A stretch of DNA of 64,000 bases from Dicyema japonicum (Eukaryota > Animalia > Dicyemida), in assembly GCA_011109175.1 (NCBI GenBank), contig RDEW01000015.1, positions 16,742-80,741 of the forward strand, in the 5' to 3' direction. Positions 13,231-25,519 of the stretch are shown piece by piece. The notes beneath the pieces were generated by a model, which saw only the letters and a program-made list of their open reading frames with translations, ran no database searches and was not told the DNA's origin. Positions within the stretch are counted from its first letter, which is position 1. The number at the start of each line of letters is the position of its first letter. Made by a program: the position numbers and the translations under genes.

Positions 13231-14139
13231 ACTCGTTTGTTGGAGACGTACCAGACGATGTTGGTAAACTTTTTTTTAACTTAAAAATAGTTTTGAAACA
13301 TAACGGTTCATCCCAATCGCGTTTTTTATCTTTTGGGATCCCAGACTTAGACAATTTCTTGAGCCATGTGTGCTACTTGTTCACTTTGTGATCAGTTTAT
13401 GTGAGGCAGGATCTGCCACACGAGATCGACTATTCTGTCCGTCGACAAAAGACAGAATAGTCGTGAATGCGAGTTTCAATTGTGAGCAAATCACACTCTT
13501 TCCAAAACGATGGATAATTTTCATAAAATCAAGCCAGTTTCATTAAGTATTTCTTACAGCTACCTTAGCTTTTTATCAATGATTTTTAAGATGTCCGCAA
13601 AACAAGTGGCTCTCTGTAAAAAAAGTAAATGAGGAGTAAGGTGGAAATTCCGAGAAAAAGTATTGCTTTGAGAGAATCACGATCGATTAGGTTAAACGGA
13701 AATAGTGGACAGATGCATATTTCTCTTCAGGAAAGTCGACATTTTCCGGTGATATAACGAAGTTCTTAGTAAATCGCGTTTTCGGCTTCGGTGACAGAGA
13801 TATTGGGAAATATGTCGAAATCATACATATAATAAATAGCATCACGACTCAGGGCTATCATGGAAACCCTCAAATAGAGTAAGATCCTTTTTGGATTCTA
13901 GAGATCAAAAAACGCTTTTTTGGATTTGAAGAATGCCCAAATAAATTCTCCGACAAGGTAGTGGTGTGGGAATCGATTCCACAGCTAATCGACCTAAACG
14001 TTCGGGTTAACCAACCGTAAAGCCTAGATTTTTCGTTAGTAATATGTCATTGTGGATTTAATTATGTCGCTATCCCATTGTGGTCGAAACAACTGGAGGA
14101 ATAAGTGGGAAATCGCTTCGCTTCCTAAGAAACTTGAAG

Positions 14140-14250
14140 CTACACTAAAAAGCCACGACGCACGTGAGACTCGGTGGCTTCTCCAGTTAATATCTGTTGC
14201 AATCGTGAGAGTCAACGCAACGTCGATAATGTCAGGAGGTCCACTTTGAA
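14140..14250 (+). mobile_element. CRE-like element 3' end (related copy at ~51058-51130)
   Basis: SHDARETRWLLQLISVAIVRVNA matches the QRxSxAIxRGNA terminus of REL endonucleases. Confidence 0.7.
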
Positions 14251-14394
14251 TGGATTTCTGTGTTAATTAATTGTTACTTTTAAAATGTGTTACTTAATAG
14301 ATTATGGTAAAACAATTATAAATAAATAAATTTAAAATGAAATAAGTTTATTTTAATCAAACATTAATTAACCATATTAATTGATTAGTTCGAA

Positions 14395-17300
14395 TTAATT
14401 TGAAAAACAAATAACACTAACTTTGCACGGATGTGTGCAATTCCATGCAACCGTGCAAGTTGATTCTTTTTGTATGGCATAATTCCAGTTCATTGGCTTG
14501 TTATCCCAAGAATCGAAGAGACAGCTTAGAATACTCTCATCCCCCTCGCATTTAATAGAAGGAATCTCATTCACGACAACCCCTGATGTTCTAACCACAA
14601 CTTTGCTCTCAAACCCACGCGCTACAGCACACGTGGCAGTTACCTTGAAGGAACAATAAATATATACTCTTATTTTAAAATCGGTAGAAAGGGAAAAACA
14701 GCTTTGTCTATTAATATGGACTCCTGGACATCCTTCGAACGGAAAACACGTGCAGTCAATAATAAAGGAATTTTTGGGACAATCAACTACGGATTGAGTT
14801 CCCGTGTTACCAACAGCTGTGGAAAATGCTTTAAAGCTCTCCCACAACATTGTTTGGTGAAACTCTGTATTCCGTTCGTCTAAAGTAAATTATGAATAAA
14901 TTCAACCAAAACTGATTTTTTGGCAATAAATCGAAGAAACATAACTTTCAGCAGCTATTTCGTGAATTTTGTAGGTAAATCGATTCAGTTTACATTTCCC
15001 GTTAATTAAGTACGGAATGGAAATTTTATTACTAAAATAAACAAATTGATTACCTAAAATTAGTCATGCATGATATAGGAAAGGTATTTTCAGGGCACGT
15101 GGGAAATATATGATTGTCGTTGTGTCCAATTATGCTTGATTTCATGATGTTTGTTTCAGAACTGCAAGTTGCAGTCGCCTAAGTTAAATTATATGTATAC
15201 GGCGGATCCTATTGACGTGCACGTGTTGTCCTGGACATTACATGTTGGATTTGATCCACAATGACAGGTTATCAGTGACGGGAAATTTGTAGGACATGAA
15301 ATTACTGCTTTATTTTTGTGAGGATTTTTAAAGAATGTTTTGATTATTGTTTCTAATATAAAAATTCAAACGAAACTGTCACAGATTCCAATGAGAATGG
15401 AGGGAGTTTGGGATGACTCCGCTGAACACGCCGAGGCGGTTTTGTTTATAGAAATTTCTGATTTCATTAAATTTACTTTTGAGAAATAGACTTTCCTGTA
15501 ATCCTCAAATTTGTATAAAAAGCAGTCATAAATCGAAAATGATCGCGGACAGGAAACTGAGAGTTTTTTAGTCGTGGAACTGTGGGAAGTATAAACAACT
15601 TTTTTGAACCAATTTTTTGTGCATCGAGCTTTTGCCTAATTTGAATATTGCTAGTACTTTTAAAGCGACCGTTTCAGAAGCAGAATATACAAAACACGAA
15701 TTCGCACGGATTATCGCCTGATTATAATTCCAATCATTAACTAGCCGACAATCAGTGATTTTGTGGTTTTCTGGACATGAAATTTGTACAAACGACGGGA
15801 GATCCCATTTGTGGTGATATCTGACTCTGCTGTATACCCAAATCGAGTGGTCTCCTTGGTTTTACAAAATAATCAAACTTTTACAAATTGCCGTTAAATA
15901 CAGCTTATTTGGACTATGACAGCTATTTTTGAGAATTGTAGGCCGTAAATTCCTAACATAAACAAATTAAACGGACGAATTTTCAATGAAGCAGGTGACA
16001 AAAGTCTCATCGGGTCGACATGCTTTACTCTCTTGGTTCCCATCCATCAACCGAGTTCTGTAGTTTATAAAAGAGTCTTTAAATTCCCGACATTTGATGG
16101 TCAACTAAAATATAGAAAATAATTCATTTACTTTCTCAGTCACTATATAGGCTATGCATGATCCCTTTTTGTAGATAACCCCACTCATAGCGTCGCAGTA
16201 GACCATGTGATGTCCACTGGGACATTTGAGGGATTCTAAATTTATAAATTTTAATACTTTTCGAATATTTCGTGATTACAACATCTTTGGTTTTCTCGCA
16301 ATATAAGGAGACCTTAAAATTAGTAAACAGTTACTATTGGCTTAACATCTGACTTGTATGTGACAGCGCACGTGTTTCGTTTTTTCTCTGCTGTATAGCA
16401 TAATATAGTATTGTAGCATCCACACGAGGTCATTTTCTCTCCATCATTGCACATTCCAACCGAAAATTTTGCATAAGGACGTTCTATGAAAGTCTCAGAC
16501 TTTCTTGAATCATTGTTTATTTTAGGAACAAAATGTTTATTCTTGACACAAATCCATGAAATCTATAAATAAAACAAAGATTACGTTTAAATCTTCATTT
16601 CCCGTGTAAATACATTTACCATCTTTATTGATTAATTGTGAATCCTTAACTTTATTATTATTTATGATCAAAAAGCACTCTGCCAAGCTATAATGTTTTG
16701 GGCACGTGTGTGCGACTGAAGTCGGTATTATGTGCTCAACATAATATATTCCTTTGATAAAATAATCATCAACTTTTACAAACAAGAATAACTTCAGAAC
16801 GTGTCGATAAATAACATTTATTATTGTAACGTGAAAAGTGTTGGACATTTTGCTGTGAAAAAGAATACAAATTTTACTTGTCGTTGTTAAAACAATCCAC
16901 GAGAATTTCTTCTATTGGACATATTCCTACATAAAGGTTATCGTGCGATATTGGTGTCTGCCTTCTGTAAAAATAGTCAGAATTCGATATTTTTTTGCAT
17001 TCATATAAAACCTGCGATCATGACATTATTTACTCTCAGATTTATTCCTCTGCAAGTTTTTCCGTCGAAATGGGCGTTTCCATTGATGCCGTAGCATTTT
17101 GTGAGAATCTCATCATTAGCACACGATCCTGAAGCATTTACCTCGCTTATCAGTTTTCTGTTTTTAGGAACTAAAAATTTCATTTACAAATACTAATATA
17201 ATTCACAACCACATTTCCAGCTAAATAGCTCTTTTTGTAACAGAATTTGTCAAGTTTGGAAATAAATTTCGTATATGCTTTTAATTGTGTATTACTAAAT

Positions 17301-18495
17301 TTTAATTTAACAAAAAACCTACTATAACTGCACCCAGTAATAAATACATCCAAACTCTTATCTCTTTGATGGTCTAAGCATGAATAAGAGTCCACTAGGT
17401 CGTTCCTCACGCAATAAGCGGATACCTGAAATAAGATATTTTGAACTGTCTTTATTCCTGTTATTACGAATGAACAATATGTTGAAGCATAATAAAATTT
17501 GCTGCAGCTTTCCTCGCAAACACAATTTGTAGCAACATAATTTATCGGACAATTAATTCTTAATTCTTTAGTGCCAGTCTTTCTGATTATTTTTTGAACA
17601 AATTCTAAAATTTTTAGAAAACCAACCAATGCATATAAGTTGAAGAAAATAACTTTGTTTAGTCTCTGTAGTGCTTGAACATTTTGATGAATCATTCTCT
17701 GTCTTTACATTGAAATTTCTGGGATTTAATTAAATGTTAACTTGTATGAAAATATTCCACAATCGCTGACCTCCTCATTTATAGAACAGGAGGCTTCAGC
17801 AGATGTTTCATTAATCACAAGAACAGTGATAACCTTGGTGATGTACATTGAGATAGGTACACATCTTGCTATTGCCTATAACTGAGTATGTCAATTACTT
17901 GGAATGATTCTGATTCAGAATTACCGATAGCGTTACACAAAATATCTTGGATGAAGGTCCCATGGGATTTACCGTCATAGCCACATGTCGCGATCGCTGT
18001 ATTTTGTGGACATATGGCTGTGGATACTTTATTTTTCCCTTTAATTCTCGGACCACTAACAGTGACTTCTTGTTCATCTAAAGTTAATATTGTTATGTAC
18101 ATTGTAGGGAAAGAATTATATTTAAAATAAAAAGTAGCATTACATTGTTTCAAATTCGATGGTTTTATATTATTAGTGATTATTGCTTTAGGCAATTTTC
18201 TTTGGCAGGGAAAATTAATAATCCAAATTATCTACTTAAATTAAATAGTTAACTCTGCTATAATAACATGCAGGAGTCCTGGTACTCCAGACATGAGATA
18301 TCAAATATAATTATACTTAGAGACGGACTATGTTCACGGTATATGTTTACGACACCTAATTTAGCTTTGGAAGCTAAGATTGTGAAGCTTTGATTTTAGA
18401 AGGTTTGTGCCCAGTAAATTTACAAGTTAATATTAATGCCAATAGAAATGTGGGCAATTAAAACTATTAATGATATTAATATTGAAAATAATCAT
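14395..18495 (-). CDS. Large, probably secreted Cys-rich protein of ~16 tandem modules (resistin / PCSK9 C-terminal-domain-like spacing), ~20 tiny introns
   Basis: Manual splicing gives repeated ~65-75 aa units C-x6/8-C...C...C, e.g. ICPQNTAIATC, SCSINEEVSDC, NCPINYVATNC, SCANDEILTKC, TCPKHYSLAEC, MCNDGEKMTSC, KCPSGHHMVYC, SCPENHKITDC, TCPENTFPISC, DCPKNSFIIDC, KCEGDESILSC. Hydrophobic FSILISLIVLIAHISIG near 18490. The 5' end needs indel correction and is uncertain. Confidence 0.75.
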
Positions 18496-18529
18496 AGAAT
18501 CAAATAAAAAATTCTCAATATCCGATTTG

Positions 18530-19340
18530 ATAGCACTGGCTAGTGCCTAGAATAGCTACTGATGATTTTGGGGGAATAGGTTTGAGGTCTCTGCAAATTC
18601 AATGCTACATGTCGTCCCTCGCAAGCTGGTGTTCCTTGTCCAACTCCTTATGTTCCTGTCCCGGATTGAATCTGGACCTTGTGCTTAACACGGTTGTGCA
18701 GCAGTGGACAACAAGCGGGTTTGGTGTTCCAATGAACTTAATCTCTCAAAAGGACTGGGATGAAATTCTTTGAGAAAAATCTAAATGAATGTGGAAGGTC
18801 AGCAAATACTTATCGTCGCACATATCTGAATGCAGCGTCTGCTGAGAATTCAGGGTCCTGGCCTTACGTGCAGTTAATACTCTGCTTGATGGGAATACAA
18901 TCAGAGTTGCTTTCGGATAGGCCATGACGTCTGCTTGGAACACCGATGTCGATGTTGTGAGATGTCATCTTCACGTATGTTAAACTCGACAGTCATGAGG
19001 GCTATCGAAGACGTCGGGTTTACTTGCCTTCTGGAACCCGTCGGTTTTGACAGAGGTGATGGCAAGAGGCCTGACGGTGTAACGACCATACCATGGAGAC
19101 AAGGACTTTCTTTAAAGGGAATTTGCTCAAGTCATCGTTTCGCACGGGTATCATAGCGAGTACTGCTGAAGAGGAAGCACCGGCATTGGGACGGATTCGC
19201 TTTACACCCGATATCCGTTGAGACGTGTGGCCCGTTATTGGCCCGAGCACGTCTCAGGTTCATCGGCAGCTTGCAATGACTGAATCTTGAATGACACTTC
19301 CAGAACATGGGCTCGCGATCATGAGAGGTAATTCCCATTT
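18530..19340 (+). mobile_element. Degenerate CRE-like retrotransposon
   Basis: GGIGLRS, LLEPVGFDRGDGKRPDGVTTIPWRQG and GLAIMRGN motifs. Confidence 0.8.
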
Positions 19341-19783
19341 TACATCAGAGTTTCCCAAAGGGGGCTATATGAAATTAACTAGAACAGGTTTATTAATGAA
19401 CAGGAGTTAAAAGTTAGTGGGAGAGTAAAATATTTATAGTTAGACACTTGGGCACTTCTCCAGTTTCCATTCTCTCCTTAGTTAGGTCACACCGCTATGT
19501 ACGAGTTCTGGACTTTGTTCTATAATAAAACTACTTATCCTTACTCGATAAGTTTATCTTCCTCTGATAGATATCTTTTTCCTAGTGCAAAATAAATAAC
19601 AATCTCCTTGTTTTTTTCAATAAAAAATAATTCTATTGTTCTTGGTCGAGAAAAGTAATTTTGGAAGAACTGTCTACTAAAGATTGCTTAATATCAGAAG
19701 CCATGCCCCATTACATGGCTATATATCTCATTTTGATTGATTTAAAAACAGTAAAACAACAAAATAAGGAAAAGTCAGATAAA

Positions 19784-20600
19784 TCAAATCATTCTGGCGA
19801 CCAATTTATTAATCTCCGTTTCTCTATTACCAAAATCTCCCCCTTCCACGAAATGTCGTCTTTTCTTAACCCATCCACCACGTGGGGAACTCAAATGGAA
19901 CACATCCATGAAATTAGTCACCTCCTTAAATTTTGGACCAGCCGTGAATATCTGGTTGACTAAATCCTCCATACACACGACGTCGTGCTTCCCAAGATTC
20001 TCTTCCACCTGGAAGTTCTCTGTTAACGGAATCACCCGCTTATCGATTCTTCCGGATCCACGCTTGTAGATCAGACTCCTAATAGTCCTCAGAGTCGGGT
20101 ATCCCCAAGCCACGTGGGTCTCCGCCAACCTTAACATGCTCTCAGTCGCCTTGTTCAGCTTTACGAAAACGCAGTTGTTTATTTGACGGAGACGGAACAG
20201 CTGAAGAATTTTCCTCGTTTTTGGTGGACACTTACGAATTCTGCACGTGACTAAAGTATTTTACCCTCTTATTCTGATCACCAAGGCAATCTTTGGTTCG
20301 TCTTCCACGTAAATCTTAGATTCGGCTTTGGCAGCCTGGTGTCTGGCACATGCCTCTTCTCTCGTCTTTTTGTATTGAGCGAAGTAGCTAGCTCCTCTGC
20401 TTATTATGTCTTTTCTCCTTTCAATGAATCTCTAAGATTGTGGTTATGAAGAAACCTTTCTACTGTCTTCCTTGAACTGTCGGAATCGCTCTCGGCGCTC
20501 CTTGACCAATTTTCTGCGCTTCAGAAACGTCTCAGGTACCACTCTGGTCAAATCAGCCCTTCTGTTAACCAATAATAAATTACATCTCAACGTCAAGCAT
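19784..20600 (-). CDS. RPL7: 60S ribosomal protein L7 (uL30), 3 introns
   Basis: VPETFLKRRK, ALVIRIRG, FRLRQINNCVFVKLNK, WGYP, HFVEGGDFGNRE. Introns 20562-20583 (22 nt), 20432-20455 (24 nt), 20241-20264 (24 nt). Confidence 0.97.
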
Positions 20601-21505
20601 CTTGAAACGTGCTATTTAAATTTTTAATATATAATTATTAATTTAAATTAATAATAATTTAACTGTATTATAAATAGTTAATTAATGGAGTAGGAGTGGT
20701 GTTGTCACCTGTTCAAGATGTTCACTTGGCTCTCTTATATTGATCTCTTTATCGTATTTCTTGAGTCAAAAACAATTTATTTTTAGGAAGGAGATGGGGG
20801 TATAGTGCTTTGAGTGTAAGATTTTAATGTTTTTTGAATCTTTATGCGAATACTAACTCTCTGCTTATGTCATGCCGCATTATACAGACATATTTCTTCG
20901 AACCAATCAAATAACTAGTCAGACGGGTGAGCTCGTATATCCTGATCATGTATTTATTACCTTATGATAGATGTGGTGACTCCTCGTACTCGTTTTTAAT
21001 GTATATTGTCTAAATGACCAAATTAAAAGACTGTGATTAATGTCCAACGTCGTCGATTCGAGAATTAAACGAGCAAGCCCACCGACTCAATATATTTTTG
21101 CTAAAATGACGTGTTTGAGGAACACAGACACATGCAAACTACTTGTCTCACTCCTCTGTTCGTTATCTAAGCCAGTTTATTGACTTTTACTATTTAAAGT
21201 GACGTTAATGGAATATTCAGATTATGATGTATCAGTGGGATCAAGGGATCAGCATAGAACCAAGCTGAGAGTTTGGATTAAATTGTTGGGATTACTAGTT
21301 TGTTTTTTTCGGTTTAACGGTGCTCTTGGAATAAACATTTAATTTAATCATCCGAGTTAATTCGAAAGAGGACATACACGAGAACCGATTGAATTAAAAA
21401 ATACAATTCTTGACCACTAGGGTAACTGGGCAATCAATTTTAGGAAATGTTAAGAAAAACGAGTTAATTTTATTAGTAAAACCAAAAATTAAGAGAATCT
21501 GTTAT

Positions 21506-21724
21506 TTATGTTAGAGGGGAGTTTATCCGTGATTCACAGTCGCAAAAATTGGACTTATCAAAGGAGCTCATTGTCGAAGCTCTTTTAAGCTGTTGGAAGG
21601 GAAATCCTCCCATAAAATATTTTGCTTTCCATTTCGGCAAGATCTCCACTTCTATGATTTCTTCTTCGTCAAGATAAAAACTATTACTAATAAGTCCAAC
21701 AAATATTAAAATTAGCTCTTTCAT
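21506..21724 (-). CDS. Small putative secreted prepropeptide (family copy A, 72 aa)
   Basis: MKELILIFVGLISNS hydrophobic N-terminus, acidic segment DEEEIIEVE, KR site. Upstream and downstream flanks are shared with the locus at 30140. Confidence 0.5.
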   Translation of the reverse strand: MKELILIFVGLISNSFYLDEEEIIEVEILPKWKAKYFMGGFPFQQLKRASTMSSFDKSNFCDCESRINSPLT

Positions 21725-21799
21725 TGAGATTTGTCGAACTGCTTCATTTATATTGGACAGAATTACAAGTAATATTATTTTTAATCGATTTTCTTTGCG

Positions 21800-22370
21800 A
21801 TGAGAGCTTCTGTTTACCAGTGACCTGTTTCCTATGATTCCAGACGTTTCCACGGTGACTTGTTCAAAAAGGAACTGTCCGTCAAGATATGCGTATTTTT
21901 TTCAACTTTATGATCTCAGCCTTCTCCGAAGCAAAGCATGTGTTAGTTGCTGTCATAACAAGGTTGGAGAAACTATCCAAACAGGTGGCATCCCAGGAAG
22001 GTATCTATTGCTTTCCCATGGGAAGAGAGTAGTTCGGTCTGGTCTTTGAATGGCTAGGCTGAGTCCGAGCGGCTCCAATTGGACAAGAAATCCACCAATC
22101 TCAAATCTCCAAGCGATAACTCCGTTAGTTTCGGCGTGTCTTGGACTCTTTCCAGCACTCCTCCGACAGGAGAAGAGCATGAGGACCTTTTTCGTCGACT
22201 ATTCCTCCACATCTACAGCGATGGATCGTGCAAACATCTATTCCGAGGCGGACGAAACCCCAATTCTCGTCGCCTCGTCATCCATTAGTGACCCAAGTGA
22301 GGTGCATGGTAATGCTCTGAGCCATGCACCACTCTCATTCGTCGATGCAGAAGCCAGACGATCCTGATCA
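21800..22370 (-). mobile_element. CRE-like retrotransposon fragment
   Basis: LEPLGLSLAIQRPDRTTLFPWESNRYL, homologous to the RPDG..PW motif. Confidence 0.7.
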
Positions 22371-23399
22371 AGCACAGGTTTTATCTCGTCCATGATCTTT
22401 GAACATAAAAGCTTGTCCTATCTCGTTGTTTATTAACGTTCTTCTGGAATCCCATATTTAATCGCGTCCAAACTTCCCGAGCCATGCTACCCAATGCCTA
22501 ATTAATAATATTATGGGCGTTAAAAATATGAATCTTATCACAGAAATGAAAAAGTGCTGCCTTGCTGTTGTAACACCTTCTCTGTTTGGAAAAACAAGAC
22601 TTCCAAAGTCAAATCACTAGACCGTCTTTACTCGGACTGCCTTTCTCTTCCAAATTTGTCGCCAAACAAACAAGAGGAAGTTCAAAACCATTTCTCATAT
22701 GTTGTAAACCTGGGAACTGGAAACAGACTCGGTAGACAGCCAAATCTTTTCGTACCAGGTCACACCTTGAGAATCTCCCCAAAGGATAGAGCCCTCTCTC
22801 CCATCTGGCAAAACCTATCAGATGTTGATGAGGACCTCCTTAACTAACATCTGTCCCTTTGGGTCTTAAGATCTCTTATTTTTTAAAGTTGATGATCAGG
22901 GCGATCAATGACGACACTCGAGGATCCTCTCATATGTTTAGTCTCACTTGTCCTAAATGTTTATCCGACTTATTTGAAAATGAAATCTCCACTCAGTCAT
23001 CAACTAGAACGCCCAAAATACAAAAACTTAATCTAACAACTATTCTCGGTGATCAAATGCAGAAACTTACTCTTACAGGGCAAAAACCCTGCTAGATATG
23101 TGCAGAAATAAACAGTAAAATTATGCACGTTATGGACATCTTTATCTTCACAAGACTCAGATACACTAATTAGTTGTTTATTTTTTTGCAAACAACCTGA
23201 AAATCTGGAGAGATGGATACATTACATTTGTCCCTCATCGCTGTTGATATACATCTCTTATTTCATCATTCTCAGGGAGCAGTAGCGGTGCCCCATACGG
23301 ACTACCCTAATACCTAATTACAGTTTTATTTTTTAAAGTAATATTTTTTAATAAAAATAATATTAATTTTAAATATTATTTAAAAACATTAAATTTCAT

Positions 23400-24142
23400 A
23401 TGCATGTGTGCATAATTACCTTAAATCTATGTATTGAAAGATATTCAAAATATTTGTTCAAAGGACTACTAATTTTAATATTAATCATCCTCAAAGTATA
23501 CAAACAACTTAGATATTATTATACTCGACTTCAATACGCTATTTTGTCAGAAAAAACACAACAACAGGTTTTGCACGATGTAGGCACGTGCGCATTAATT
23601 TTATGAAAATGATCCTAATTTTGGGTTAATCGTTGTACTAAACTTTATTCGTTGTTGTATAGAAAATAATATTTAAATATTATCATTTATGATCCCATTA
23701 AGTATTTTTTATTTCATTATTTTAGAAAAATTAATAGAACACCAAAAATTTGCCGAAATAAACGAAATTTCCCGCCACGAATTTAAATCCGATCACAAAC
23801 TTGTTTTTGTGGGACCTCAAGACTGTAAACCGGCTTACATTAAATTCATTGATAATTTGAGAAGTAAGAATAAGTCAGATTTCTCATTAAAAGATGAATT
23901 TGAGGGTAGACTTATGATTTAGTTTGTAGATTATTATGGATTTCCTGAACCTGAATTTATTTTGAAACCACGTGGTCTGAGTAATTTAGCGGGTTTTATT
24001 CCGTATTATTGTGCCTTTGCCGAAATTATGTATTTTGTGTGAGGTAGTGATTTGTAGTGATTATGATGTGTGGAAGCAACGAAATGGAATTTGGGAGGCT
24101 TTTGGGGAATATGCTAAGAGAAATAGAAGATTTGGGAGATAA
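23400..24142 (+). CDS. NUS1: cis-prenyltransferase subunit NUS1/NgBR-like (apparent indels in the 5' half)
   Basis: N-terminal hydrophobic segment; GFPEPEFILKPRGLSNLAGFIPYYCAFAEI; C-terminal EAFGEYAKRNRRFGR with the RxG motif. Frameshifts at ~23600-23700 are errors or decay. Confidence 0.8.
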
Positions 24143-25519
24143 TCGCTTTTTTGTTTAATTTGTTTATTCCACAAGTGAAATATTCTTTTAATATGAAATT
24201 ATTTTTTTATTTTCTTTAATATAAAACCGAAAAACCTCAAAGGTAAAATTATTTTAAAAACCAAATAATTAAGTGATCCTAGCTTATAGTAACTTCCGGC
24301 TCTCGTAGAGTGGACTTTCAGCGATCACACGACCTTCCGGTTTTTTTTGTTTTCTTCAGAACTGATCGGGGCTCCTCCTCATGGATAACCCTTCTACAAA
24401 TGGTTCCCCTAGTTCTTTGCAGAAACTCAAGAATCCCCGGCCATTGTGACTGGTCGGATCTGCAGAAAAAAGTAGCAATCGATGCACTTCCCGTACATAC
24501 GGGACACTTTACTGTATTTGGGAGATGGCAATCGGTCCCGTCATTATACTATATGGATAATTACAATTTAATTATAATTAATTTACTCGTAAATAAAAAT
24601 ATTTAATAAAATTTTTAAATTCAAATAATAACTGACGTACTGTTTTATGTGTGTCTATGTAAGTCGCGGTTTTCAATCTAAATATATTCTTAGGAAAGGT
24701 GACAAATTCTAGGAGTTTCAGCCCAACAGGACTTATATCAGGAATTATAACCTTCTTCAGAGAACTGTAAGCTGTACTATTAAATAATAGACTATCAACA
24801 CTATTAGAAGTAAGCAATCCTACTAATTGCTAGCCCCTAACAGCTGCTATTGAACCCAGTAGGAATGATCGGAGAAATCAGAGATGGGAAGAATTAATAA
24901 TTCGAGAGGACCACCTCCTCCGCCCTGTGGTGGTGGGGGATGAGGATAGTACTTCCCTTATAGGTTGATTGTTGTCGTCTTCGTGATTTCACAAAGGCAA
25001 ACTCTTATTGAATCCTTGTGATTGATTGGCGGCCACTTTTGACTTTTTTAGATTTTTAATTAATAAATTTTAAATATTTCAGTCAACCATAATTATTCCC
25101 AGTTACCATGAAAGCCTCTAAAATATAAATAACATTATCCCAAGAGCATAAAGTGCAGGTATCAAAAAGACCCCTATTTTCCGTATTCATTACTTAAATC
25201 TTGATGCAATCATATTAAGTGAAAAAATCGTGTTTAAAAAAAAACAATGCCCGTGGTGACGTTCCGAGAGACAAGAAAGTTGTCGAGGAGGCATAACGAA
25301 GTTGTTAGATGCATTCATCTGCATTATCTAGAATGTATGCATCAAGAAATCTAAATGTCTAAAAACACACTCCAGTTCAATCAACTGTTACGACGCAGAG
25401 GGTGGAAATCCGAGTGGACAATTCTATAATAACTGACACTTTGTTGGTTGAGTTGGTTGACACCACTCTCATTGTAATGTCTTTATCGTAATTCTCGATC
25501 AATCCACTCTACGCTTTTT

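Noticed and set aside
22520-23310. Intron-containing gene-like region with Cys motifs
   Set aside because: In-frame stops and no recognisable family; I could not build a model.
24270-25040. One or two small minus-strand genes (weak Skp1/ElonginC-like LLEFLKTATYID)
   Set aside because: Similarity is too short and no consistent spliced ORF was found.
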